Positions 35,787-44,375 of a DNA stretch of 64,000 bases are shown here, piece after piece. Numbering within the stretch: position 1 is the stretch's first letter; the number at the start of each line of letters is the position of its first letter. The DNA comes from a virus, in IMG/VR virus record IMGVR_UViG_3300045012_000053, positions 1 through 64,000 of that record, one strand, 5' to 3'. The notes below the pieces were generated by a model. That model made no database searches, was not told where the DNA came from, and worked only from the letters and a program-made list of their open reading frames with translations. The position numbers and the translations under genes were made by a program.

Positions 35787-35845
35787 TTTTCGACGTCGTG
35801 CGTAGATTAGATGCCTTATTCGACGCATCGATGCTAGTTTTCGAC

Positions 35846-35930
35846 GGAAGAACGTGCGAATGGCTCGCAACTGGTTTCGAACACCAGACCAGCCGCAAGG
35901 CTGACAGTTCAATTCTGTGCTCTTCCTCCA
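35846..35930 (+). tRNA. tRNA-Ser(CGA)
   Basis: CTGGT-TTCGAAC-ACCAG; long variable arm. Confidence 0.82.
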
Positions 35931-35931
35931 T

Positions 35932-36006
35932 CCCCTGATAGCTGAGACAGATTAGCACCACTCTGAAAAAGTGGAGACGAGGACGCGAGCACCTCTCTCG
36001 GGACCA
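35932..36006 (+). tRNA. tRNA-Phe(GAA), degenerate T arm
   Basis: CCACT-CTGAAAA-AGTGG; ACCA; no TTC in T loop. Confidence 0.7.
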
Positions 36007-36011
36007 AATTT

Positions 36012-36200
36012 ATGCCAAATGATTACTCAGTACCGCGCGCAGCACGCAAGCTGCCCGAGTCAGACAAGAAGACGCTGACACCAAAGTATTTGTTGCAGCA
36101 TGAGAATCACTTCGACCCGAACGTGTACACGCCGGAAGCGATTGAACCGCGCACGGGTAGTTTCGCTGGAACGAAGAGTCCAGATATTTCTAAAACTTAA
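36012..36200 (+). CDS. Small hypothetical protein
   Basis: Fills the gap between two tRNAs. Confidence 0.45.
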   Translation: MPNDYSVPRAARKLPESDKKTLTPKYLLQHENHFDPNVYTPEAIEPRTGSFAGTKSPDISKT

Positions 36201-36208
36201 TTTTCTGT

Positions 36209-36284
36209 TGGACGATGGTGTAACTGGAAACACGGCTGACTTTGAATCAGTAAGATGAAGGTCCGAATCCTTCTCATCCAACCA
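36209..36284 (+). tRNA. tRNA-Gln(TTG)
   Basis: GCTGA-CTTTGAA-TCAGT; ACCA. Confidence 0.9.
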
Positions 36285-36314
36285 GTTTAATCTTCGGGGT
36301 TGCTCCCGAAGATA

Positions 36315-36358
36315 GATGGGGAGAGCCTATACTCTCCCCGTCGCTCTTATAGGAGAGT
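36315..36358 (+). promoter_or_regulatory. Kissing-loop leader motif, copy 1
   Basis: Loop CCTATA complementary to loop TATAGG; overlaps RBS of HNH 36359. Confidence 0.75.
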
Positions 36359-36796
36359 ATGATGAAGATATGCAATATTTGCAAGGAACGCGAAAGTCTT
36401 CCTTACGGTTATAAATGTCGAGTATGTCATTGTGAGTATCAAAAAGCATACCACAAGAATCACCCACAAAGCATAGCGAAGTCTCACAAGGCTAGACAAA
36501 AGCATCGCAGAGATTTAATTAAAGAGCGTAAGAATGCGCCTTGTTTTGATTGCGGAGTGCGCTATCCTTGGTATGTGATGGATTTTGACCATGTGCGGGG
36601 CGAGAAGAAATTCAATTTATCGATTGCAAGCAACAAGATGTTTAGTGTGGATGTAATTAACGAAGAGATTGAAAAGTGTGACTTGGTTTGTGCCAATTGT
36701 CACCGTATCAGGACTTTTACAAGAACTCAATTGCCCGATAGTGTAACTGGAAACACGCGTGGCTCTGAACCACGAAACTCTAGGTCCGAATCCTAG
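36359..36796 (+). CDS. HNH endonuclease (3' end runs into tRNA-Gln)
   Basis: CFDCG...MDFDHVRG...CDLVCANCHRIR. Confidence 0.9.
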   Translation: MMKICNICKERESLPYGYKCRVCHCEYQKAYHKNHPQSIAKSHKARQKHRRDLIKERKNAPCFDCGVRYPWYVMDFDHVRGEKKFNLSIASNKMFSVDVINEEIEKCDLVCANCHRIRTFTRTQLPDSVTGNTRGSEPRNSRSES

Positions 36797-36807
36797 TCAG
36801 GCAACCA
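36732..36807 (+). tRNA. tRNA-Gln(CTG)
   Basis: CGTGG-CTCTGAA-CCACG; ACCA. Confidence 0.9.
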
Positions 36808-36814
36808 ACTTTAC

Positions 36815-36842
36815 GCCTCGCAGACGCGAGGCTTTTTTATTT
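36815..36842 (+). terminator. Rho-independent terminator ending the tRNA array
   Basis: GCCTCGC-AGAC-GCGAGGC + T tract. Confidence 0.85.
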
Positions 36843-36853
36843 ACGGAGATAAC

Positions 36854-37231
36854 ATGGGCGTAGCAACACCAACAGCGATGTATTCGCAAAATAGTTCGCA
36901 ATCGAGTTTAACCGTTGCGGGCGCGTTCCCCCAAGTCACGCCTAACGGTGTCGCGAGTCAGAACCTTGATCTTCTACAGATCGTCGGACTCGGCGGCAGC
37001 GTTCTCTTGAACGTCGATAGCAATGGCACAGTTCATAACCCGGCAGTTGCCGCAACGAACGGCACCCGCATCGGTCAGTTTCAAACCAATCTTTCCAGCA
37101 GCGCAACCACCGCGCAGCTTTTCGCGAGCGCCTTCGCGAATCCTTCCCAGTTGGACATCCTCCAAGTTGTTAACCTCGGAGACAACGTCCACTATTACCT
37201 CGACTATCTAGGAGTAGCGCACGGCTCTTAA
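36854..37231 (+). CDS. Putative virion protein with internal repeat
   Basis: LDLLQIV...LDILQVV duplicated unit; GGAG RBS. Confidence 0.7.
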   Translation: MGVATPTAMYSQNSSQSSLTVAGAFPQVTPNGVASQNLDLLQIVGLGGSVLLNVDSNGTVHNPAVAATNGTRIGQFQTNLSSSATTAQLFASAFANPSQLDILQVVNLGDNVHYYLDYLGVAHGS

Positions 37232-37345
37232 TCCTGCGCTAAATCCTCGTGTGGCAACGTCGTTGTCCGCGTTGTGGTAGGGACCTTCGGAAGTTGAATC
37301 CGGCAGACGTCATCGTGTGTCTGTGCGGATGGATTTGGAGATGAA

Positions 37346-37582
37346 ATGGCAAATTTGAACAACCGTCAGAATCTGACGCCAGAAGAAGCAGCAAATGCTG
37401 TTGAAGTTTACAACAGCGCAGGCCGTCTCGATACAGTGAAAACAAATGCAGCGAACAACGACATTTTTCACGTGCGCAACGTAGTCATCGTTAACTTAGG
37501 CGGCGCTCTTGTAAAGGACGTACCAGCCACAGTAGTGAAGGCCAAGGCAGCGCGCGACAAGTTTTTATCGGACAACCGATAA
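37346..37582 (+). CDS. Hypothetical protein
   Basis: GGAG RBS. Confidence 0.65.
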   Translation: MANLNNRQNLTPEEAANAVEVYNSAGRLDTVKTNAANNDIFHVRNVVIVNLGGALVKDVPATVVKAKAARDKFLSDNR

Positions 37583-37594
37583 GCGGGAGATTTT

Positions 37595-37888
37595 ATGGCG
37601 AGTACGATCAGTGGTAACGTAGGCGGCGCGGCAGCATCAGGTGCGCAAGTCCAGTGTTTGAACATTGCGACTAAGGTGATTACTTACGGCGCTGGCGATG
37701 GTTCCGGTAACTACTCGATTCCCAGTCTCGCGGCTGGTACATACATCATCTCTGCATCCTTGAGCGCCAACGTTTACTACCACCCGGTTCAAGTTGTAGT
37801 GGACGGCGTAGCAACGTTCGCAGGAATCAATTTGAACCCGGTAGCGTTGAACGCGGCGAACGCGATTCAGCAAGCCACAAACTATTAA
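37595..37888 (+). CDS. Carboxypeptidase-regulatory-like (Ig/prealbumin fold) protein
   Basis: TISGNV...DGSGNYSIPSLAAGTYIISAS. Confidence 0.7.
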   Translation: MASTISGNVGGAAASGAQVQCLNIATKVITYGAGDGSGNYSIPSLAAGTYIISASLSANVYYHPVQVVVDGVATFAGINLNPVALNAANAIQQATNY

Positions 37889-37991
37889 AGACTTTTGGCA
37901 ATCCGTTCAGCACGTTCCAAGAACGGTTTCCAATAACAGCGTCTTCAAGGCGGTTCCCCGTCTCGAAGGCGTACACTAAAAGGAAAACACA

Positions 37992-38597
37992 ATGAGTAAC
38001 GTATTGGATTTTCAGGTATCCGGAGCATTCCCATCAAAGGTGGGCGGTCTCGGAACCACAGTTAAGTATTTCCCTCGTCCGATTGGTCCTTCCATCGGCG
38101 TGGCACCCTCGACCCCGTCTTCGACAAGCGCCATCGGCGCTCTGTTTCTCCCGGCACAGAACGTGTTTCAGGGACAGCAGATCAACGTCGTAGCGAGCGG
38201 TTTCTATGGTTCCGACACGGGCGACCCGTCGGGTACCGTAACCGTTCAGTTGTATGCGGTGACAGGTTCGTTGGCATCCCCGACGTACACCTCTCTCGCA
38301 ACAACGGGCGCGATCACTCCGTTCTTCGCGCAAGAGCCTTGGGGACTTAACGTAGAACTGATTGGCGCATCGAACGCGGGCGCAAACGGATTGCTGCTTG
38401 GTGCATACGAAGCATACATCCGTGGCTCTGTAACCGCTCCGACCACCGTGACCAACATCGTCACCGGGTTGGACTTCAACGCAGGTAACCCGGCGTTGCA
38501 GCAGGGCGCGGTGCTTGGCTTCGTTGTCGGCGTAACGTTCGGAACCACGGACGCGTCGAACAAAGCAGCCTTGTGCGAATTCACCATCGAGTCGTAA
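37992..38597 (+). CDS. Putative virion structural/decoration protein
   Basis: G/S/T-rich beta protein, strong RBS, downstream hairpin 38604-38629. Confidence 0.65.
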   Translation: MSNVLDFQVSGAFPSKVGGLGTTVKYFPRPIGPSIGVAPSTPSSTSAIGALFLPAQNVFQGQQINVVASGFYGSDTGDPSGTVTVQLYAVTGSLASPTYTSLATTGAITPFFAQEPWGLNVELIGASNAGANGLLLGAYEAYIRGSVTAPTTVTNIVTGLDFNAGNPALQQGAVLGFVVGVTFGTTDASNKAALCEFTIES

Positions 38598-38737
38598 TCA
38601 CCGGGGGCGAGCCTTTAGCGACTCGCCCCACTTCTTCCTAGTTGGCTGGGACACTCCCAAGAGAGTGACCACCACAGGCACGTGCGGAAACCACGGCACG
38701 CTGGGTAACAGCCCCGGCAAATTTTAAGGATATCACG

Positions 38738-39052
38738 ATGGACCCAGCAGCTCTTACGTTGGGACAGATTTCCTCGGCCCTCAGAGATTTTACTGTGGTA
38801 GGAGTTCTTTTAACTGTCGCGTGGAAGTCGCGCGGCATGTACGAATCGGCGAAGAACTTCTTTGAGCGATTGACGAAGCACATGGATAAGATGGAGAGTG
38901 GTATGGAAACTCTCTTGACTAACCATCTGTTCCATATCGAAAAAGAATTGAAAGTGATGGCTCGCCGACAGGTGAAGGCTATCGAGGTGTTGCAGGCTCA
39001 GTCTGATGTAATGACAGACGACGGCGCACCACCGCCAGTAATAGAGGCGTAA
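38738..39052 (+). CDS. Single-pass membrane protein (holin-like)
   Basis: Hydrophobic helix then coiled coil with NHLFHI. Confidence 0.55.
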   Translation: MDPAALTLGQISSALRDFTVVGVLLTVAWKSRGMYESAKNFFERLTKHMDKMESGMETLLTNHLFHIEKELKVMARRQVKAIEVLQAQSDVMTDDGAPPPVIEA

Positions 39053-39252
39053 TGCCAGCAGTATCGAAGAACCAGCGCATCGCGATGGCGATTGCGGAAC
39101 ATCATCCGGAAGACCTGAACGAGAAGAACAAGGGTCTGGCGGATATGTCGCACAAGCAGCTGCACGAGTTTGCTGCCACACCGGAGAAGGGTCTTCCGGC
39201 ACACGTTCACAAGAAGGCATCGTATCAAGCTGCTCGCGCAGCAAGGAAGTAG
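39052..39252 (+). CDS. DUF3008-like protein
   Basis: MPAVSKNQRIAM...MSHKQLHEFAATPEKGLP. Confidence 0.7.
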   Translation: MPAVSKNQRIAMAIAEHHPEDLNEKNKGLADMSHKQLHEFAATPEKGLPAHVHKKASYQAARAARK

Positions 39253-39254
39253 TC

Positions 39255-39527
39255 ATGGAAAGCAACAGCAACCCAGAAGAGACACTCCGCAACGGCAGCA
39301 AGCCGACGGGCAATGGCGGTTTGAAGGCTCCCGGCAACAGCCAAGCCGCAGCCGTGAAGACGACTTCGGACGGCGGCTCGAACCTTGAGTCTCTACGTCA
39401 AGGCAGCATTCCGAAGCCGGAAGGCGTAAAGGAAGTTTCCTACGATCAGGCTTGCCTAGCGAAGGCTCGTGCGCTCTACAACGAGACCACACACGACGCG
39501 AATCGCGCGAATAACGACAAAGAATAA
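39255..39527 (+). CDS. Hypothetical protein
   Basis: Operon packing. Confidence 0.55.
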   Translation: MESNSNPEETLRNGSKPTGNGGLKAPGNSQAAAVKTTSDGGSNLESLRQGSIPKPEGVKEVSYDQACLAKARALYNETTHDANRANNDKE

Positions 39528-39535
39528 TTCAACCT

Positions 39536-39674
39536 TGGACTGGTGACGCAGAAGAACTCTTCGCCATCAGGAACCCGAAGAGCGGAACCCGGGAATCATA
39601 CCGGGATGGTTGAGTGCCATCTTCCTAAGCCCCCACTCAGGGGTGTAGAAGAGCATGCGTCATCAGTGGTTCCA
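39536..39674 (+). ncRNA. Unclassified multi-branch RNA with complementary loops
   Basis: Closing stem CTGGTGACGCA/TGCGTCATCAG; four hairpins; loops TGAGTG and CACTCA. Confidence 0.55.
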
Positions 39675-39697
39675 GCAAATTTTGTGCACAATCGGTC

Positions 39698-39740
39698 GGG
39701 CGTGCCACTAACACGCCCTCCTACTCTTTAGTGGAGAGTA
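39698..39740 (+). promoter_or_regulatory. Kissing-loop leader motif, copy 2
   Basis: Loop CCACTAA complementary to loop TTAGTGG; overlaps RBS of EndoVII 39743. Confidence 0.75.
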
Positions 39741-39742
39741 TC

Positions 39743-40102
39743 ATGACTTTAAGTTTACGTGAGCGCAATAATCTTGCGGCTCAAAAGTATCGGAAAAATC
39801 ATCCCGAGAGAAGGCGTTTTATTCAAGCGCCCAAACGTGGAACAACCAAAGCACAAGCTGACGCCAAACTTTTGGAGCAAGAGAATAAGTGTGCGATTTG
39901 TGAAGAAATTTTTATAAAGACGCCCCACATTGACCACGACCACGTAACAAATCAATTTAGAGGGCTACTGTGTAGAGCCTGCAATCACATGCTAGGCAAT
40001 GCACGAGATAGCATCACTGTTTTACAAAGTGCAGTTGTGTATTTGAAAAAGTATGGAGCCTACAATGGTAAAGAAGCACCCATTCAGCCACACGGTGGTT
40101 GA
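39743..40102 (+). CDS. Endonuclease VII-family homing endonuclease
   Basis: CAIC...HIDHDHVTNQFRGLLCRACN. Confidence 0.9.
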   Translation: MTLSLRERNNLAAQKYRKNHPERRRFIQAPKRGTTKAQADAKLLEQENKCAICEEIFIKTPHIDHDHVTNQFRGLLCRACNHMLGNARDSITVLQSAVVYLKKYGAYNGKEAPIQPHGG

Positions 40103-40352
40103 ACATCACAGAGATGGTTCTCACACCATTCATCACATCCACGAAAAGCACGGACATATCCACAGCGTTCCGAAGCGTGACGGCGATGTGCGTGGCGCTG
40201 CGGGCGATCACGATGGGATGCTGGACCACGTTATGGACCACACCTCTCAAATGAACCCGGGCGAAGGCCACGACGAAAACAACGAAGCGCTTGCGGCAGC
40301 AGGTCCGGCGGCAGCAGCCCCGGCGGCAGCGGCGGCACCTCAAGGGGCCTAA
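40065..40352 (+). CDS. His-rich hypothetical protein
   Basis: HTVVEHHRDGSHTIHHIHEKHGHIH; GGAG RBS. Confidence 0.65.
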   Translation: MVKKHPFSHTVVEHHRDGSHTIHHIHEKHGHIHSVPKRDGDVRGAAGDHDGMLDHVMDHTSQMNPGEGHDENNEALAAAGPAAAAPAAAAAPQGA

Positions 40353-40353
40353 A

Positions 40354-40536
40354 ATGGCAACTTCCTTTTACCGCTCGATGCACCACCTTCGTAAGGGCGG
40401 ACTGCACGACGCGCTACACATCCCGAGAGACGAGAAGATTCCAGCAGAGCGTCTAGCCTCGGCGAAGAAATCTCCCAATGCTCATGTGAAGAAGATGGCT
40501 GTGATGGCCGATAACATGAAGCACTGGAATCACTAA
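40354..40536 (+). CDS. Small basic phage protein
   Basis: KGGLHDALHIPRDEKIP. Confidence 0.65.
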   Translation: MATSFYRSMHHLRKGGLHDALHIPRDEKIPAERLASAKKSPNAHVKKMAVMADNMKHWNH

Positions 40537-40814
40537 TGAACTTCGGTCCAGCGAAGCAGTTCTTGAAGGCTGCGTTCAGCGACAACGGTACTCCTAGCAG
40601 CTCCCGTTTGTTGACGGTGCCTCATAGCATCGCTGCGATCTTTGTTCTCGTTTATCTTACCATCCACACAGGACACTATCCGGGTATGGATGAGGCAACA
40701 GGGTTGGGCGCGTTCGCTACGGCGCACTATGCGATCAACCGCGTCAGCAATATGTTCGGCGGGCAGAAGAACGCCGCACCTCCTCCGGTTCCACCAGTAC
40801 CACCACAGATTTAA
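40536..40814 (+). CDS. Two-pass membrane protein (holin-like)
   Basis: SDNGTPSSSRL + two hydrophobic segments. Confidence 0.55.
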   Translation: MNFGPAKQFLKAAFSDNGTPSSSRLLTVPHSIAAIFVLVYLTIHTGHYPGMDEATGLGAFATAHYAINRVSNMFGGQKNAAPPPVPPVPPQI

Positions 40815-40888
40815 CGCGGAGCAAGGGGTCCTTCGGGAACCGCGTACGCGCGATGGTGCCTTGCCAAGGGTCGCCCGTGGATAACAAC

Positions 40889-41764
40889 ATGAAACTGTTC
40901 CTCGCAGCAGCGTTAGTGATCGCGTCGCTGTTTGCAGTTCCAACTCCTGCCAAGGAGGCGAAGCCTGATTTAGCGAAGGCGACGCTGCTCGTCTACCAAG
41001 GCAAACAGGTCTGCAAGTATCACGAGGAAGCGTTCTTCATTTTCGAGGAACAAGTCTGGGGCTGTGAGTTCAAGTCGAATTTCACCTGCACCGCTACGGT
41101 AGTGGGAGAGTCAGGACACGAGTACATCGGACTGACAGCGGGACACTGCTTCGATTGGAACGCGGTGGACAAAAACGAATACTATGTCGCTGACAAGCTG
41201 GACGAGAAACCAGTCCTACACAAGATTAAGATCGTCAAGTTCGAGAACGACGAGCGCTACGATTACGGCGTCTTCACGTTCGAATCGCTGGAACGCTACG
41301 ACGTCATGCCAATCGCGGACAACGTCGACCCCAAGGTGGGCGACGAAGTTCTCAACATCAACTATTCGCTCGGCCTCACGCAGCAGGTTACGGTCGGAAA
41401 GATAGAGAGCGGCATCATCGAATCTCCTGCTATGGAGCAGCTGAAAGACACCAAGGGCAGATTCCTCGCGTCCATCAATGGCGGTCCCGGCGCGTCCGGT
41501 TCCGCAGTCGTGGACAAGAAGAGCGGACAGATCATCGGCTTGTTGGAGGGACACTTCCCCAACACGCGCATGGGTATGATCGTCATGCCTACAGGCCAGA
41601 AGCTAAAGAATTTTCTGCAAGACGACTCGGCTGGGCTTCGTCCTCAAAAGGCGGGTCCTCTTCCGAAGCCGCACGTGGCACCGAAACCGCCAGCTCCAAC
41701 GTTCTGGGAACTGGTACAAGAGCTGATTCGCCGCATCCTTCATAAGATCGGCATTAGAGGATAA
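40889..41764 (+). CDS. Trypsin-like serine protease with signal peptide
   Basis: LTAGHC, YDYG, GPGASGSAV triad. Confidence 0.85.
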   Translation: MKLFLAAALVIASLFAVPTPAKEAKPDLAKATLLVYQGKQVCKYHEEAFFIFEEQVWGCEFKSNFTCTATVVGESGHEYIGLTAGHCFDWNAVDKNEYYVADKLDEKPVLHKIKIVKFENDERYDYGVFTFESLERYDVMPIADNVDPKVGDEVLNINYSLGLTQQVTVGKIESGIIESPAMEQLKDTKGRFLASINGGPGASGSAVVDKKSGQIIGLLEGHFPNTRMGMIVMPTGQKLKNFLQDDSAGLRPQKAGPLPKPHVAPKPPAPTFWELVQELIRRILHKIGIRG

Positions 41765-41765
41765 C

Positions 41766-42032
41766 ATGGCATCAGATTTCGTATCCAACGCGCTAGCGAG
41801 CGCACACAAGTATATGGACGCCGAGAAGAAATCGAGCGTCGGAACCAAGAGCGACTTCGCTCCGAAGGCGGCATCGAAGCCTCAAGCGGAATCGAGCGAC
41901 TATGCTCACGCGAGAGCGGCCCGTAAGCCGGGCGGCTCGTTCATGGGCGTGGAAGCGAGCGAAGATCGTGGCAAGGAACTAAAATCGGCGCAAGAACAGC
42001 ACGACACCAATGTGAAGGCGCTGGACCAGTAA
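41766..42032 (+). CDS. Hypothetical protein
   Basis: GAGG RBS. Confidence 0.6.
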   Translation: MASDFVSNALASAHKYMDAEKKSSVGTKSDFAPKAASKPQAESSDYAHARAARKPGGSFMGVEASEDRGKELKSAQEQHDTNVKALDQ

Positions 42033-42053
42033 CACCCTAATAGGAGTTCGACC

Positions 42054-44357
42054 GTGGCACTTACCGACGCACAGAGACAGGCAAATAGCAGAGCAAGAAA
42101 GAAGGGACTACCTGAACCTTACAGCGCAGCAGAATCGAAGGCACAAGCGGAGGCGCACGCGGCAAAGGAATCAAGACTCGTAGAACTGTTGGAAGAAGTT
42201 GCGGCCCACGACAGAGAAGGAAAGAGATACAAGAGCGAGGCCCGCAGCTATACGAAGTTGGTGCGTCTGTATTACGGTCAACCTGAGAATGGAGATGCCG
42301 ATGACGATGAGACCAGCGACGGCAAGACCGCCAAAAAGCCGAAAGGCCCGAAGCGTCCCAACCCATCAGAGACTCGTATACGAATTCAAAACTCCGACGC
42401 TGCTCCCTTGGAGCCAGTTAAGGGTAAATCCCGCAAGCGCGCAATCGAAGACATCACCTACGAAGTAGATGATATCGTCGGTTTCTGGCGCTGGCTCGAT
42501 CTGCGAGATCGCGCGCGAAAAGATTTGTATTGGCTCTGCCGACTACTCGGGCTGGGCGTGTACCGCGACGTGCACCAGATCACCTGCGACCAGTTCGTGC
42601 AGAAGAACTTCGGCGGACCTTGGCTGAATCGGGACGGCACGGTAGATCGTGAACGCACCCCGCTTGAGCCGATGTACTTTGAAGGCTACACGCTGGACGA
42701 TTTTCACGAGATGATCGATGCGCAAGAGCGTTTTGATGCGCAAGGTCGCTCGACAAAAGAAATGATGCTGCTCGACTCTCGTGGCTTTTACAAGTCAACG
42801 ATTGACGGAGTAGACTCGGTTCAATGGCTGCTGAACTGCCCTGATATCCGCGTGCTCATCATCACTGGTGAGTACAAGCTGGCGCTGTCGTTCATGCTTG
42901 AAATCAAGGGCTACTTCTTTGCAGCGGAAGGCCAAGACTTTACCTCGTTCCAGCTATTGTTTCCCGAGTACGCGCTGTACGGCGTGGATGGGACTTCGAA
43001 GGAACCGCTATTCTCTCCCGCTCGTATCCTGACACAACGTCAAGGCTCGATCTGGGTGAACTCAATCGTTGCGAACGTATCCGGTTGGCACTGCGACATC
43101 AAGAAGGGTGACGATGTTGTCACCAACGCGAACTCGAACACGGAAGACACGAAAGAGAAGCTAAAGAAAGATTACAACGGCACCGATGACTTGCTCGACC
43201 CGCACGGGTTTAGCGATCACATAGGCACCCGTTACTTCACCGACGACTGGTACGGCACGCGTCTCACGCCTCAAGACGGAGAGAGCGAGATCGCGCCGAT
43301 CAAGTACCACTGTCGCGGATGCTGGGAAGTTAGACCGGAATACGCAGAAGTTCCGATCATGCGCCTCACCGAAGAGATGGTGAAGCTGACGTTCCCGCAG
43401 AAGTGGACCTTTGCGAAGTTGCACCGTTTGCTCTTAAAGAAGGGCGAGCGCGACTTCCGCAACCAGCAGCTCAACGAGCCTACGGACGCCGCAGAAGACA
43501 GCGGCTTCAAGGTCAGCTTCACGGAGCATGACTTACGCGCGCACAGCTATCAGCGCGAGGCCGCGCCGAAGGCTGGAGACGTTTACATTACGTGGGACTG
43601 GGCGCTCTCGGACAAGAAGACATCAGACTACTCGGTCGGCGTCGTGGCTCGTTTGTACAAGAACGACATGAACGAGTGGGCGTTCGTAATTCTCGAAGTC
43701 ATATACGACAAGTGGAAGTACTCGGAACTCGCTTTTCAGATCGTGGCGCTCTCGAAGCGCTGGGGTCCGAAGGTCACCATGATCGAAGCGTCCAACGCTT
43801 TCGATCTTTTGAGAGACGAGATCACACGAGTCGGCCAGCGTCAAGGCTACCAGCCGTACATATACTGGAAGCAGCCATCGCGGGAAGAGAATGCGAAACG
43901 AAACCGAATTAAATCGTTGGAAATCCTTTTAGCGGAGCACCGTTTGCACTTCGTGCTCGGCCCGTGGATTGACGAAACGTTCAAACAGTTCACCCAGTAC
44001 ACAGGCGAGAAGAAGAACAAAGGCCGCAAGGAAGATATCCCGGACGCCATCTCATACATGACGTATATTCTCCCGGCGGAAGCTCGACCAATCATCGACA
44101 AGATCGACCCGGAAGAAGAGAAGAGACTGGCAGAGGAACGAGACAAGCAGTTTTTGAAAGTGCGCCACTACGAAGCGTACTTTGGACAGAGAGTTAGAAC
44201 GAAAGAAGAAGGCGGAAACCTTCCCGCTCCGACGTGGCGACAGTGGTCGCGTGGAGACTCGGGCGAGGTAAAACCGCCGGAGCCAGAGCCAGAACCGCCA
44301 AAGCCGCAGGACCCGAGAATGAAAATCTTCGGCAATAAAGGGCCTTGGCGCTTGTAA
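42054..44357 (+). CDS. terL: Terminase large subunit
   Basis: SRGFYKST, GWHCDIKKGDD, IGTRYFTDD, TWDWA...DYSV, EDIPDA; precedes portal. Confidence 0.88.
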   Translation: MALTDAQRQANSRARKKGLPEPYSAAESKAQAEAHAAKESRLVELLEEVAAHDREGKRYKSEARSYTKLVRLYYGQPENGDADDDETSDGKTAKKPKGPKRPNPSETRIRIQNSDAAPLEPVKGKSRKRAIEDITYEVDDIVGFWRWLDLRDRARKDLYWLCRLLGLGVYRDVHQITCDQFVQKNFGGPWLNRDGTVDRERTPLEPMYFEGYTLDDFHEMIDAQERFDAQGRSTKEMMLLDSRGFYKSTIDGVDSVQWLLNCPDIRVLIITGEYKLALSFMLEIKGYFFAAEGQDFTSFQLLFPEYALYGVDGTSKEPLFSPARILTQRQGSIWVNSIVANVSGWHCDIKKGDDVVTNANSNTEDTKEKLKKDYNGTDDLLDPHGFSDHIGTRYFTDDWYGTRLTPQDGESEIAPIKYHCRGCWEVRPEYAEVPIMRLTEEMVKLTFPQKWTFAKLHRLLLKKGERDFRNQQLNEPTDAAEDSGFKVSFTEHDLRAHSYQREAAPKAGDVYITWDWALSDKKTSDYSVGVVARLYKNDMNEWAFVILEVIYDKWKYSELAFQIVALSKRWGPKVTMIEASNAFDLLRDEITRVGQRQGYQPYIYWKQPSREENAKRNRIKSLEILLAEHRLHFVLGPWIDETFKQFTQYTGEKKNKGRKEDIPDAISYMTYILPAEARPIIDKIDPEEEKRLAEERDKQFLKVRHYEAYFGQRVRTKEEGGNLPAPTWRQWSRGDSGEVKPPEPEPEPPKPQDPRMKIFGNKGPWRL

Positions 44358-44375
44358 TAATGAGGACATGACAGC

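Noticed and set aside
28952-36842. Stop-codon reassignment or suppressor tRNAs
   Set aside because: No CTA/TTA/TCA anticodons found, and long genes are intact in the standard code.
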